DNA of 64,000 nt from Octopus sinensis (Eukaryota), in assembly GCF_006345805.1 (NCBI RefSeq), contig NC_043002.1, positions 109,926,001-109,990,000 of the forward strand, written 5' to 3'. Positions 25,830 through 38,435 of this stretch are shown piece by piece. A program made the translations under genes and the position numbers. Every line of letters begins with the position of its first letter. The stretch's first letter is position 1. The notes below the pieces were generated by a model. It saw only the letters and a program-made list of their open reading frames with translations. It ran no database searches and was not told the origin of the DNA.

Positions 25830-27295
25830 ATATATATATAAAACTGAGAATGTGTGTCTGTCTGTCTGTGTGTTTCCCTAAAACTTGAGAACTACACAAC
25901 CAATTTCATTGAAATTTTACACATGCCTTACTTAGGGTCCGGGGAGTGTCATCGGCAAAAAAATTTTTAACTTTTTTCCTAGGGCGAGCCCACAGCAATA
26001 TCATATCTTCTCCACTATTTCAGTATTACGTGATAAAAGTGAAACAAAAACATTTCTCTATTTTATGTCAGATACTTTCACTTAAACAATAAAAATTAGA
26101 GATAATAATAATTGAATATGTGGTAAGTAATAATTAAAATCAAACTAAAGTATAATATAATCGTAACATAACAAAAGTAAAAATAGCAATTGGTATAAAA
26201 TTGCATCAATGACTTGAACTTGAATAAGTGGTTTCACATGAAGGGGAATAAATTAAAAATAAAATTAGCATGCAGAAATGGAATAGTCCAGATGGAGGTG
26301 TGCACATACCGTTTACCATGGCTTTTATATTAGATTATCTGCTAATTAGCTAGCATTAGGTATCTATATGAGGTTTGGCTGTATGTAATGTCTGTTTTCT
26401 CGAACAGCCGATTCTTCTGAGTACTGCTTTTTGATTCGCCGTAAGGTTTGTTATTATTATTACTGCTTAACTATTGTTATCACTTTTGTTGTTATCACTT
26501 TTGTTGTTATCACTCCTCGTAAGGGAAACGTTGTTGTGTTGCATTTATTAAATAATTGTAAACTGTAACCCTCCCCCTTTGGGAGAAGGAGCTTTGGTTA
26601 TTGTTTAAAAATTGAATTGTGTCCCTGTTTGGGGAAATTGACAATATTTTCACCGTTTACACGGAAGCATTTTTGTTAGAATGCCTTCGATAGAAGAAAG
26701 TCCAAAAATGAATTTCGCTGCAGCCGTCGGCGGGTGCGGACTCATTAAAATTAAAATGGGAGAAATACAAATCTATTTCGGATTGATCCCCGTCAAAGAC
26801 GGTGAATCTAGGATAACACCACCAAACGAAATAAAAAATTAAATTAAAGAAAAGACTATTGTCTATAAAGTATACATTGTAGAGAAAAAAAAGATTTGAA
26901 CACCTAGAGGAAAGCACCATGGAAAAGTGTCTTAGTGCGACTATGAAAAATATCTAACCAGAGGCGGTAAATTCGCCACAATAGAAGCCAGGTTCGAGAC
27001 AACGGAGCGTGCAAGGGAGTACTCAACTCGAACCTTGCAAAGTGGAAATATTTTATTTTTACCTTTATATCTGGGACGTAGGACGTCCCGGATAAAAATT
27101 AAAAATGTCCCCCCAGAAGTAGAGGTAGGCTGGATTGTAGCCACACTTCTATACAAGAGGGAGGACAAGATACAATTGATCGAAATTGCAAGAGACGGGC
27201 CTACAATTCCAGTCTGTTATATATTTTGAGTATTGTTATCACTAGAAATATCAAGATATAACTTTGTATTTTGTATTTTGTGTAGATGTATATAT

Positions 27296-27369
<74 letters not shown>

Positions 27370-27469
27370 ATATTTATATATAATATATATATTAATATAT
27401 ATATATATATATTAGATGTACATGTAATATGTACACATATATACATGCACTAGCACTATGACGCGGCAT
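25830..27469 (+). mobile_element. Non-autonomous Helitron, longer copy of 1480-2449, lacking its terminal hairpin and CTAG
   Basis: Collinear with the reverse complement of 1480-2449 plus about 0.54 kb of extra sequence (about 26296-26830). It stops at ATGACGCGGCA, half-way through the hairpin. Confidence 0.8.
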
Positions 27470-28316
27470 ATATTATAATTCTGAAATGCGAAAAGTTTGT
27501 TTGTTTGTTTGTTTGTTTGTCTGGTTTTGGCATTGAGAACGGGTTAAAGGCCACTAGATCCCGTCGGATTGACTCCAAAATTTACAGGGACATGTAAAAG
27601 GAGGTGAGGATGCGAGTGGTCTAGAAATCCCTATCTTAAAAGGTGTCGTTGCTAGGGCCAAAAACGTACTTTGACAAGTCTACTCTCATTCTTTTATGTA
27701 TCTGTCTTCCTCCATCACTCACTCTCTTTCCTCCCTTCCCATCACTTTCTATCTATAACGTCGTTTCACAGCGTCTACTTCCCCTTCACTTTCTCTTTAT
27801 AACGTCGTTTCACAGCGTTCTATATCTCCCCACCTCCCCGCCTTCGACAGCGCTTTCACACACACACACACACACTCTCTCTCTCTCTCTCTCTACGTCT
27901 GTCTGCATTCATAGAGAGAATTATCATCGCCAACACCACCACCACAATCATGAGAACAAATATTATGAATCAGATATTTATTCGGTTAATTTATATTTGT
28001 GTGTGTGTGTGTGTTCTATATATAAATATGTATATATAATGTATATATACAAAGTGTAAATATCTGTATTTATGCATATTAAACTTTTTAATACTTTTTG
28101 ATAATTATATATATATTTTTTTAAATTATAAATATAAATTAATAATTTTAATTTTAAATTATAAATATAAATTAATAATTTTAATTTTACATTTAAATAA
28201 TTTAAATTTTTTAATTTTACATTTTATATATTTTGTATATTGTATTTTTATTTTTATGTTTTGGTTTATGTTTTTCACTGTTTGATTTGCCTAATAGTGG
28301 TTTTATCTCTAATTTA

Positions 28317-28367
<51 letters not shown>

Positions 28368-29466
28368 GTATACAAATATGCACACCTATGTTAAAATTGC
28401 TGGCGAGTTTGCATGGCAACTATTTTTTCCTCAATGAAAGGACAAAAATCCTCATCTTATAAAATGTGGCCCGAGTAGACCCGAATGAAATCGGGTTATA
28501 TTAACCAAAATGTGAAAAGCAGTCTAAATGGGGCTGGAAAGGGATTAAAATTTACAATGTTTATGAATTCTCTGTTACATCAAGCTAAAAAATTTGCGCC
28601 AGCCTTTTAATCGTCAATGTGTTGCCGTCCATGATGAAAAAGTTTTGAATGCTTGCCATGGTGAGTCTACTGTCGTGAGAAAGAATCACTTCAAAACTTG
28701 GTGTTTAGGAATTTTCTTTTACATCAAGTTCAAAATTTTACGCCAGCCGTTAAACTGTCAATACGTTGCTGTCCGTCGTTAAGAAATGCCAGCTATAGTG
28801 ACTCTACTATCTTCAGATTCTATCCCTTCAAACTTTGGTTTCCAATATTTTATTATCTATATTCAGCTCGCAAGTTCGTCTGTCCCTTTTAAATGTTAAT
28901 GTTTTGCTGTCTGCCTTGAAGCAGACCTTTCCGTTGTCACTGCCTGATATTTATGATTGATCTTTCAAAATATATTCTTTCTCAACTTACTCAAGATCTT
29001 TTGTTGTTTATAAATGGTTGAGAGATAGATAAAGATAGAGAGTGAGAGAAAGCGAGAGAGAGTTCGAGAGAAAGGAAGAGTAAGAGAGTGGAAAAGTGAG
29101 AGAGAAACAAAGAGGGAGAATCATCATCATCATCGGTTAACGTCCGTTTTCCGTGCTAGCACGGGTTGGACGGTTTGACCGGGGTCTGGGAAGCTAGGAG
29201 GCTGCACCAGGCTCCAGTCTGATCTGGCAGTGTTTATACATGTGGATGCCCTTCCTAACGCCAACCACTGTGAGTGTAGTGGGTGCCAGGGGGGCTGGCA
29301 GCGGTCACGATCGGTTGGTGCTTTTTACGTGCCACCGGCACAGAAGCCAGTCAAGGCGGCACTGCCATCGGCCACGTTCGGATGATGCTTTTTACGTGCC
29401 GAAAGGAAGCAACAGAAAGTAACAACCACACTCTTACCCGCGCGTAGAGCGGGTTACCTTTAGCCA

Positions 29467-29468
<2 letters not shown>
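27470..29468 (+). mobile_element. Second Lep1-like non-autonomous Helitron abutting the first
   Basis: Start TATTATAATTCTGAAATGCGAAAA(GTTT)n. A 3' hairpin ACCCGC-GCGTAGA-GCGGGT is followed by TTAGCCAG|T and (TA)n. Linking these two ends as one element is inferred. Confidence 0.55.
29120..29410 (-). mobile_element. SINE or LINE-tail repeat ending in (GAT)n
   Basis: CATCATCATCG.TTAACGTCC...GGATGCCCTTCCTAACGCCAACC; a second copy lies at 44658-44945. Confidence 0.65.
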
Positions 29469-29545
<77 letters not shown>

Positions 29546-30157
29546 ATATATATATATATATACCATTATAAAAACGTATAATTAAACAATCACATACCTA
29601 TATTAAGATAAATTTTTGTCGAACTTCAATTTAAAGTGCTCCCCGCTCCGCCTCTCATTCCCACACACCTTGTCATTTCTGAACCAATTCAACTGACCTT
29701 GTCTGTTATTAATCTCCATATTCGTTCCAATATATACCTGTTAATTCGCCAGCACCGATCCATTTTTGTTTCTACACACACCATAGCAACCCGGTTGGGT
29801 CTTTCTACCAATTTTTTAATCAGCTTTTATTTCGTTCCACTTCGCCCCTCCACTCTTTTCATCTTCTCTTTTCATCACCAGATTTCAGACTCTAATACAT
29901 TATTTACATTATTTACATTTGACGGATATTTGACCTCATCTTGTTTGTTGTTAACACAATGTTTCGGCTGATATAGTGTGTGTGTATGCACCTTCTTTTT
30001 TTTTTTTTTTTTTGTATGTAAGCATATAGATAAGAAAATAAACAGACCAACATACAGACGGATAGGTACATGGGTTACAAAAACAGACACATATGGAGAC
30101 ACGGATCCACACATATAAAGATACACATCCATACATACAAACATGGTACACAGTTGC

Positions 30158-30207
<50 letters not shown>

Positions 30208-30679
30208 TGCACACACAAGGAGACAGAGGTGCATACATATACAAACACATGCTCACACACACACACATACATAGAAAATACACAAACAACAGACATGCAA
30301 GCACATAAATATGTAGGATACGTACATACAGATGCACACACATACATACATATATACATATGCATACACACACATATATACATATGCATACACACACATA
30401 TATACATATGCATACACACACATACATATATACATATGCATACACACACATACATATATACATATGCATGCACACACATATATACATACATACACATGCA
30501 AACACACACACACACATAATACGTACATGTACGCGTGTATAGGCACACATACACACACACTGACCCCCCACACATGCGCACGAACAAACAAAAGGGAACG
30601 CAGTGTAACTAACGGACGGAGTCAAGACTATTGAAAAGGCTGCAAGACGCAACGAAAATTTTAAGAAAATAAAAATAAG

Positions 30680-31088
30680 AAATAAGTGGAAATTTTACCG
30701 GTGAGTGTGTTATATTATAAGGCACAAAAAGAAAATGACTCTCCCCAGACGCAACAGAATATGCTTCAACACACGAACTCATATAAAGAATCTTGCAAAC
30801 CAGATCCAAAAACGAAATAAAATAAGGTTTAGTCTTGTTTATAATGCAATAAGAATATTAAAGGGAGATAACTCTAAAATATTTTCGAGAAACATAACTC
30901 TTCAAAATATTTTCTGAATTATTTCCCTTGAAAATCTAAATCTTACGTTTTCGTTTTGTGATTTGATTTGCAAGATTCCTGTGAGTTCACGGGTTGAAGC
31001 ATATTTTGTTGTGTCTGGGTAGAGTCATTCTCATTTAGTTCCTTATTATTTAACACACTCAGCGGCAAAATTTCCACTCATTTATTTA
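30680..31088. mobile_element. MITE with diverged inverted arms of about 140 bp
   Basis: ATGACTCTCCCCAGAC..AATCTTGCAAA versus TTTGCAAGATT..GTCTGGGTAGAGTCATT. Further fragments lie at 31595-31790. Confidence 0.65.
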
Positions 31089-31330
31089 TTCAATTAAATT
31101 GATCTGTGTCCTTGTAATTATCTGATTCCTCAGAAATAGCAACCAAATCTGTCTCAAATAAAATTTTCCCACCTTAAAAAGAAGGACACATATTCTAATG
31201 TACTACAACATATATTGTCTACGAAGAAGTATGTGATATTCACAGCCGCTTCAAAGCTTAAATGGGTTTAAATTGCTCGCTGGTTATTTCGACTCTGCCC
31301 CCACCATTAGCTTTGATTCCCAATCAGTAT

Positions 31331-31475
31331 AGGCGCAGGAGGGGCATGTGGTAAGTAGCTTGCTTACCAACCACATGGTTCTAGGTTCAGTCCCACTGCG
31401 TGGCACCTTGGGCAAGTGTTTTCTGCTATAGCCTTGGGCCGACCAAAGCCTTGTGAGTGGAAAGAATCCCGTCGT
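31331..31475 (+). mobile_element. SINE 5' half (family of 1033-1455)
   Basis: GGTTCAGTCCCACTGCGTGGCACCTTGGGCAAGTG. Confidence 0.7.
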
Positions 31476-31490
31476 ATATATATGTTTGCG

Positions 31491-31594
<104 letters not shown>

Positions 31595-31785
31595 CTGCTG
31601 TGTCTGGGGAGAGTCATTCTCCTTCAGTGCCTTATAATTTAACACACTCACTGGTAAAAATTATGAAAATAATAAAGATAATAGAAATAATAGAAAATTT
31701 AAAAAGTGACTGACTCTCCCCAGACACTACAGAATATACTTCAACACACGAACTCACAAAGAATCTTGCAAACCAAATCCCAAAA

Positions 31786-31852
<67 letters not shown>

Positions 31853-32394
31853 GACAACTAGGTGATACAAAAAGGGACAACAAAACATCCAGATAGACGA
31901 TACAAAAAAACAAGGACGGGTCATTCGAAGCCTTTTATCTTCAGTCAAGAACCGGATCATCCTCGCAATTCGTATACATTCGATGCTTTTTTCTAAGGAA
32001 TCTACTGGTCTTGGCTTGGTTCTTCCTTGGGGCTGGCCAGATTGGAGCAATCTCAAGATTAATCAGCCGAAATTGCGAGGATTAATTAAGAAAAAAAAAA
32101 CAAAGGCTAAAATTTAGGGTTAGGGTGAGGGTTATGGTTAGTGACAGGATGTTGTCTCAGTTTTAGACGCAGCAAATAATTTTAGCTCTCTAGAAGCGAT
32201 TCATTGGTTAAAATTCGAAAAATTAAACTACGTTAAACAAACAAATTACAATTTTCTCAAGAAAGCCTAGAGAAAAAAATGTTTTATTTTGACACATTCT
32301 ACCAGTATACGAAGTGTTTAGTTAACTAGAAATTGTGTTGACATGTGCCGTTCAAAAGGAAAAGATCCCATATATGTATATATATATATTTATA

Positions 32395-32760
32395 TACGAT
32401 GGGCTTCTTTCAGTTTCCATCTACCAAATCTATTCATACACACGCACACACATAAATACATATATCTGTGTGTGTATTTCTCTCTTTTACTCTTTTATTT
32501 GTTTCAGTCATTTGACTGCGGCCATGCTGGAGCACCGCCTTTAATCGAGCAAATCGACCCGGGACTTATTCTTTTGTAAGCCCAGTACTTATTCTATCGG
32601 TCTCTTTTGCCGAACTGCTAAGTAACACACCAGCATCGGTTGTCAAGCAATGCTAGGGGGACAAACACAGACACACAAACATATATACGACGGGCTTCTT
32701 TCAGTTTCCGTCTACCAGATCCACTTACAGGGCTTTGGTCGGCCCGAGGCTATAGTAGAA

Positions 32761-32856
<96 letters not shown>

Positions 32857-32990
32857 TTACGACGAGGCTTCCTTCAGTTTCCGTCCACCAGATCCACACA
32901 CAAGGCTTTGGTCGCCCGAGGCTATAGTAGAAGACACTCGCCCAAGGTGCCACGCAGTGGGACTGAAACCGGAACCAAGCTACTTACCAC
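32395..32990 (-). mobile_element. SINE cluster (family of 1033-1455) with internal duplication
   Basis: Reverse complement of the family body; the GACGGGCTTCTTTCAGTTTCC segment recurs three times. Confidence 0.7.
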
Positions 32991-33409
32991 ACCGCCCATA
33001 TTTCAAGAGTTATCTCCGCTTACTTGCCATCTCCTTCCGGCAACCGAAAATTTGAAATTAATTGGGATCCCGGATACGTTGCTACTGTTTAAAACCAAAC
33101 TGCGGTAAGACATTTTAATTTAATTTAGGGCCATTTCAACGCTTGAATGAACATCCTTTCATCTTAAACTCTGTCTGTGTGTCTATAAATTAATGATACG
33201 ATATTAATTATCGTAAATGTGCGTGATCCAATTATGAAATCAGGAAAATAATGTTTTTGTTTTTCGTTATGAAACTTACAATTGTGGGGGACAGAAATGG
33301 GGGTAGCACATAGTAGGGTCTCTGTTAAGTCAGCCTGAAATGGTATGGTTTTGTGTATATGTTTTAACAAGGGTGGATTTCTCCGCTGTGGAAATTGGAT
33401 ACCATTTAT

Positions 33410-34496
33410 TTAAGAAGGTGGCCCTGGTGCGCGTACTCGCGCATTCGCGCTAGCTACTCGTGACGGTTAATATAGGGCGTAACAAATATCAGAAAATCAA
33501 AAAAAAAATGTGTGTAATAGGTGTAAAACAACTTCCTATGAACGAATATGAAAAAAAAATTTCGCGCACGCGAAAGGGGGGTGGGGGAGAGGCCTCGGAA
33601 AATTCACATCGAGAAGTTCCGAAAGCGTCTGAGGAGCTGACCCGGGCACCAAAACAAAAAAAAAATAGTGTAATATGTGTAAAACATATTACAAACTTCA
33701 AGATGTTTCTGACACGTATTTTGATTCACATGGCGGAGATCCAACATTTCTTCACTTTTTCCAGAATTTCTTCTCTTTATTTTTTTTTTTTTGCGAAATA
33801 CGGAGTTTATGATTCATGTGTGAGTGTGTGTTCTTGATACTCGTTTAGAACAAGTAGTTTTACACCAATTACACTATTTTTTCTTAGTTTAAAGGCCGTG
33901 GACTGAAGATGTGAAATTTCCGAAGCCTCTCCCCCACCCCCCTTTCGCGAGCGCGCATTTTTTTCATGATAGTCGTTTAGAGCAAGTTGTTTTACACCTA
34001 TTACGCTGTTTTTGTTTTTGTTTTGTGCCCGGTTCAGACGCTTTCGGAAATTCCCGATATAAATATTCCGAGGCCTCTCCCCCACCCCTCTTTCGCGAGA
34101 GCGCATTTTTTTTTGTCATATTCGTTTAGAGCAAGTTGTTTTAACATATTACACTATTTTTTTTTGTTTTGGTGCCCGGGTCAGCTCCTCAGACGCTTTC
34201 GGAACTTCCCGATGTGAATTTTCCGAGGCCTCTCCCCCACCCCCCTTTCGCGTGCGCGAAATTTTTTTTTCATATTCGTTCATAGGAAGTTGTTTTACAC
34301 CTATTACACACATTTTTTTTTTGATTTTCTGATATTTGTTACGCCCTATATTAACCCTCGTTGATCCTACAACGACTACCTAGCAAAGTAAATGAAACAC
34401 AAAATAGATAATTTTTTTTACACAAAGTAAGGATCTACTAGTCACGACTAGCTAGCGCGAGTACGCGATTGCGCGCACCGGGACCACTCTTCTTAG
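33410..34496. mobile_element. Nested inverted-repeat (foldback/MITE) element
   Basis: Inner near-perfect IRs of about 220 bp at 33465-34356 (GGTTAATATAGGGCGTAAC...) with roughly 130-bp subrepeats in the right arm. Outer diverged IRs of about 50 bp lie at 33410-33464 and 34441-34496. Confidence 0.85.
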
Positions 34497-35194
34497 GTAG
34501 TACCCTATAAATTAATATGTGTCTATAAATTAAAACTGAATATATGTGTGGGTACTTGTATCGCAGAGGGAGTGGTCCCGGTTTGCGCAGACGCGCGTCC
34601 GTGCTACCCAGACGTAGCCAGTCGATCCTACGAGCTGACTGGCGCATGCACGATATGTGTGTGTGTGTGTAAAAGTGATAAAGTCAAGCTTCGTGTATTT
34701 ATCGTCTGTAACTGTAGCTCCCTTCCACTCCTTTTGCTATTTTAGCTTTCTTTCTCGCCTGTCCATAAATTATCTTTACAACTTCCGAACTTCAAATTGT
34801 ATACCCAGTGTTTATTCCAATTTCTCCGCTTCCCACATTTCCTCCCTCTCTTATTCTTCTTCTCTTAACCTATTTTATATAGTATGCTATGCGTAATGTA
34901 TGTGTGTGTGGTGCCGGTGGAGAGGACGACAGATGCGGTGGGCGGTGTAAGACTGGAGGGCGCATGTGCGGGGGGAAGCGGAAGCGGTTAAGCGTGACGC
35001 ACGTGGGGAGATCGAGGAAGCAGGCAGTTCGAGCACAGACGAGGAAGCGACAGGACGTGTCGAATTCGTAAGAGACCTCTGATCTTCGCTGAGGTAAGAC
35101 CTGTTTGTATTTCTTCTCTTTCTGTTGTCCTCTTCATCCTTCACACTACAATTGGTATTTCGGCACAGAAAAGAAAAAAAAAAAGAAACGAACG

Positions 35195-35950
35195 ATGAGT
35201 GCCCGTATTTCTCACGAAATGATCAAACCGTTTTGCGGCGATACGGATGTAGTCGCTTGGTTGAAGGAGGTGAAGGTGTTGGCGGAGCTCCACGATATAA
35301 GCGACCTAGCGAGTTTCATGCCGCTGTACTTGGATGGTCCGGCTTTTGCGCTGTATCTAGCGATGGAGGAGACGGACCGACTCAGCGCGGAGAAAATAGA
35401 AATCCGGTTAATGGAGGCCTATGCGGAGGGGATGTTTGAGGCATACGCTCGCCTGAGTAGAACAAGATGGACTGGGGAACAGGTGGACGTATTTGCCGAT
35501 GAACTTAGGAGATTGGCTAAACTGGCGGGTTATGAGGGAGAGTCGCTGGACCGGACGGTTAGGTTGGCTTTCGTGACAGGCTTTCCTGACAACATGTCGG
35601 TTGAGTTAGAGCTGCTTCCGAACATTCATTCGATGCCGATGGCAGACATCGTATTTCGGGCGGGCGAACTCGTTTCGTGCAGCAGAACGACGTCGGTAGC
35701 AGCGACTGCAACAACGAAAAGTGGCCGAGCTAGGAGCAGCGGAGAGGGGTCGAAGAAAGAACGTGTGCGACCGTTCAAAGGACAGTGTTTCCGGTGCCAG
35801 GGTCCGCACATGGTGCGTGACTGCGAGTCACCCAAGCCTGAGGTCATTTGCTACCGGTGTCGAGAACCGGGGCATATAGCCAGCGAATGTCTGCGGAGAA
35901 ACGGACTGAGGGAGACTACTGCGCCGGTAGTTGTCCCTTCAGATCAATAG
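35195..35950 (+). CDS. gag: Gag with two zinc knuckles
   Basis: Uninterrupted ORF MSARISHEMIKPFCG...; knuckles CFRCQGPHMVRDC and CYRCREPGHIASEC. Confidence 0.85.
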   Translation: MSARISHEMIKPFCGDTDVVAWLKEVKVLAELHDISDLASFMPLYLDGPAFALYLAMEETDRLSAEKIEIRLMEAYAEGMFEAYARLSRTRWTGEQVDVFADELRRLAKLAGYEGESLDRTVRLAFVTGFPDNMSVELELLPNIHSMPMADIVFRAGELVSCSRTTSVAATATTKSGRARSSGEGSKKERVRPFKGQCFRCQGPHMVRDCESPKPEVICYRCREPGHIASECLRRNGLRETTAPVVVPSDQ

Positions 35951-36640
35951 AGGCACGTTTATCGTCACTACCTGTGGTCGACATTCTGGTGGAGGGGAAG
36001 GTGTCGCGAGCCCTTGTGGACACGGGCTGTACGACAACCCTGATGACTCCAGAAGTGGCAGAGACTTGGAGTGGAGAAAGCAGTGTAAGAGCAGTCGACG
36101 AAAGAGAAGTACACTGAAGGCGTTACAGATGCACGGATTATAGTGCAGGGAATACAGCTGACGCTGCGAGCAATTGTGGTTGGCCACTTGGTGGACAAGA
36201 TTGACGTGGTGACCTTCAGGGCGGCATACCGGCCAAGAGGAAATGGGGTGGTGGAAAGGCATCATCGTACCATCAAGGCCATGGCAGAGAGGGGTCACAT
36301 TTCACCAATCGAGGCTGTATTTTGGTACAATATGTCACCCAGATCAGGACAGACTGAGGAGTTGGTGCCACTCAGGGCAATATTCAGGTACAAGTGGAGG
36401 CATCCGTGTACTGCATCAATGCGACCCAGGGCAGAGGAAGAGCACGATTTCGTGCAGGTCGGGGAAGAAGTTTGGGTAAAACCCCCAAACGCATGGTGTA
36501 CATCACGATGGGGAAAGGGGACAATAACCTGTAAATTCAAAGAACAACATCTCGGTCGATGGTATGCCACGCCACGTTTTGGATATACGGAGGATTGTCC
36601 ATGCCTCAGAGGATGGGACCAGCAGCAGTGGGCAAGATGA
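35900..36640 (+). pseudogene. pol: Pol remnant: aspartic protease fused to the C-terminal half of integrase
   Basis: ALVDTGCTTTL in the -1 frame relative to gag, then AYRPRGNGVVERHHRTIK...FWYN..P and GEEVWVKPP. The deletion junction is near 36210. Confidence 0.85.
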
Positions 36641-38371
36641 AAACAACACCAGTAGACAGGATGATGAGGCTAGCAGCAACTTGCCAGGCACCAGTCCTAG
36701 GGTCGCACTGTGACCACAGAGGGAACGGCACCCTCCTCCCTGGTTGGCTGATTATGAAACCAGTTTAGGTGTGAGTTTGGGAGCCGGGAGTAAGTGAGAA
36801 AGTCGGTTCAGTGATCTGTTGATCAGGGGGGCGTGTAGTGTCGGTGGAGAGGACGACAGATGAGGAGGGCGAAAGTAGGGCTTGCAGGGGCCGGTAGAAG
36901 ACTGGAGGGCACATGTGCGGGGAAGCTGTCAAGCGGCATGTATGTGTGGTAATCGAGGAAGCGACAGGACATTTGTAAGGGACCTGATCTTCGCCGAGGT
37001 AAGACCTGTTTGTATTTCTTCTCCTTCTGTTGTCCTCTTCATCCTTCACACTACAGTGTGTATAATATATACTAGCAGTCCCCCGGTCTTTGTCTCGGTG
37101 TGTAGTGTGCACAAATGTATTCATAAAACATGTATCGCAATGCTTATGTAGGGTTACAAGTCGATACTCTTCACAAGAAAAAGTTCTAAATTCCAACCTT
37201 AAGTGCACACACACACAAATTTACAGAAAACAAAAGACGAAGACAGGTGAGGGCACAACAAGGTGTATTATTTTGACGCTTGGGAAAAAATGGGGAAGTC
37301 TTTGCTGTTTTGAACCTACATTCTTCGACAGAAAGGATTGAGGGGGGAAATAGAGAGGGAATGAAAATAAAGGAGAGAGAGAAAATCTGTAGGAATGAAC
37401 GGTTGAACATGATGAAATTTCTGGAAGAAAGAGTCTGAGATAAAGGGGGCAAATAACGCTGCCCCTACTGAATTAGGTTGCGTAAGGGCGAGTGTGCATT
37501 TAAGTAGGGTGTGTGGGTGTGCATGTGAATGTATGTGTGGGGGAGCTTAAAATATATATACCTTTTATCAATTCAAAATGAATAATTAAATTACACCATC
37601 TAGAAAATTACATATAATAGAAAAGTTAAAATTAAAATAACAATAAAATGTAAAGATTAAGTAAAGTGCAAAAATAATAATAAAAATGTATATACTGAAT
37701 ATACATTTTTATTTCTGTCTTGATTATTTTTTTCTAATTTTTATAAATATATTATATTGTGTGAAATTTGATTTAGTTTTTCTAAATTGAATTTTTTCCT
37801 TGTAAGTTTTGGGTTTTATTCCCTTAAATAATTATTATATATATATGTGTGTGTGTGTATTTAATGGAAATTTTTTAAATAATTATGAAAGAGTCATAAA
37901 GATATTTGCAAAAATTTATAAAGTAAGCTCTTGTTGATAGTGTCTGTCGAAATATTAGCAAAGTAGATGTGATCAAATCAAAGATCAATACAGGAGGTTT
38001 TATTGTACAAACTCTGTGTCATTGATTCTTTTACTAGTTTTCATAAATTTGCCTTTCTTTAGAGAATCAATTTGTTTTTCATATAAAGTGAACCCCACAC
38101 TAGCTGGGGTATGATCCACAGATTTATAGCTCAAGATGTAAGCAGAGGAATGTAGCTAACCTAGAGACACAACACAATGACTGTTGTTAGGTTTATTAGT
38201 GTCAAGAAGAACATTCAGCTATGAATAATACTTTAGATAAACTGAAGTTTACAATATCAATGTTATCTTATGCAAGATTTTAGAACCATCAACTTCTGTT
38301 TATTGTTGTTTAACTCATTTTATATGTTTTTTTAAACTGTTTTGTTTTCTTTCTTTTTTGACTGATTTTAG

Positions 38372-38435
38372 ACAGAAAATTTAGAATGGTGACATCGAAG
38401 AAGTTGAAAATTTAATAAAAAACGATCCAACAACA
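38372..38435 (+). pseudogene. Ankyrin-repeat gene, exon A
   Basis: Polypyrimidine tract and TTTTAG acceptor (alternative AG at 38384), NGDIEEVENLIKNDPTT, GTAAG donor in phase 0. Confidence 0.5.

Larger units (their letters stand above)
34907..37055 (+). mobile_element. Ty3/Gypsy LTR retrotransposon, internally deleted (no RT/RNase H)
   Basis: LTRs at 34907-35150 and 36834-37055 (TGT...ACA), PBS-like TGGT at 35153, PPT AGGGGGGCG before the 3' LTR, GTGTG on both flanks. Confidence 0.92.

Noticed and set aside
31850-32080. Possible hammerhead (CTGAAGA on the minus strand near 31940) and nearby hairpin
   Set aside because: The second core box reads GAAT rather than GAAA and the helices are not convincing.
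32115-32140. Telomeric TTAGGG repeats
   Set aside because: Only two to four degenerate units, a common internal motif of MITEs.
37072-37100. Helitron 3' end on the minus strand (CTAG plus weak hairpin)
   Set aside because: The hairpin is degenerate and no matching 5' end was identified.
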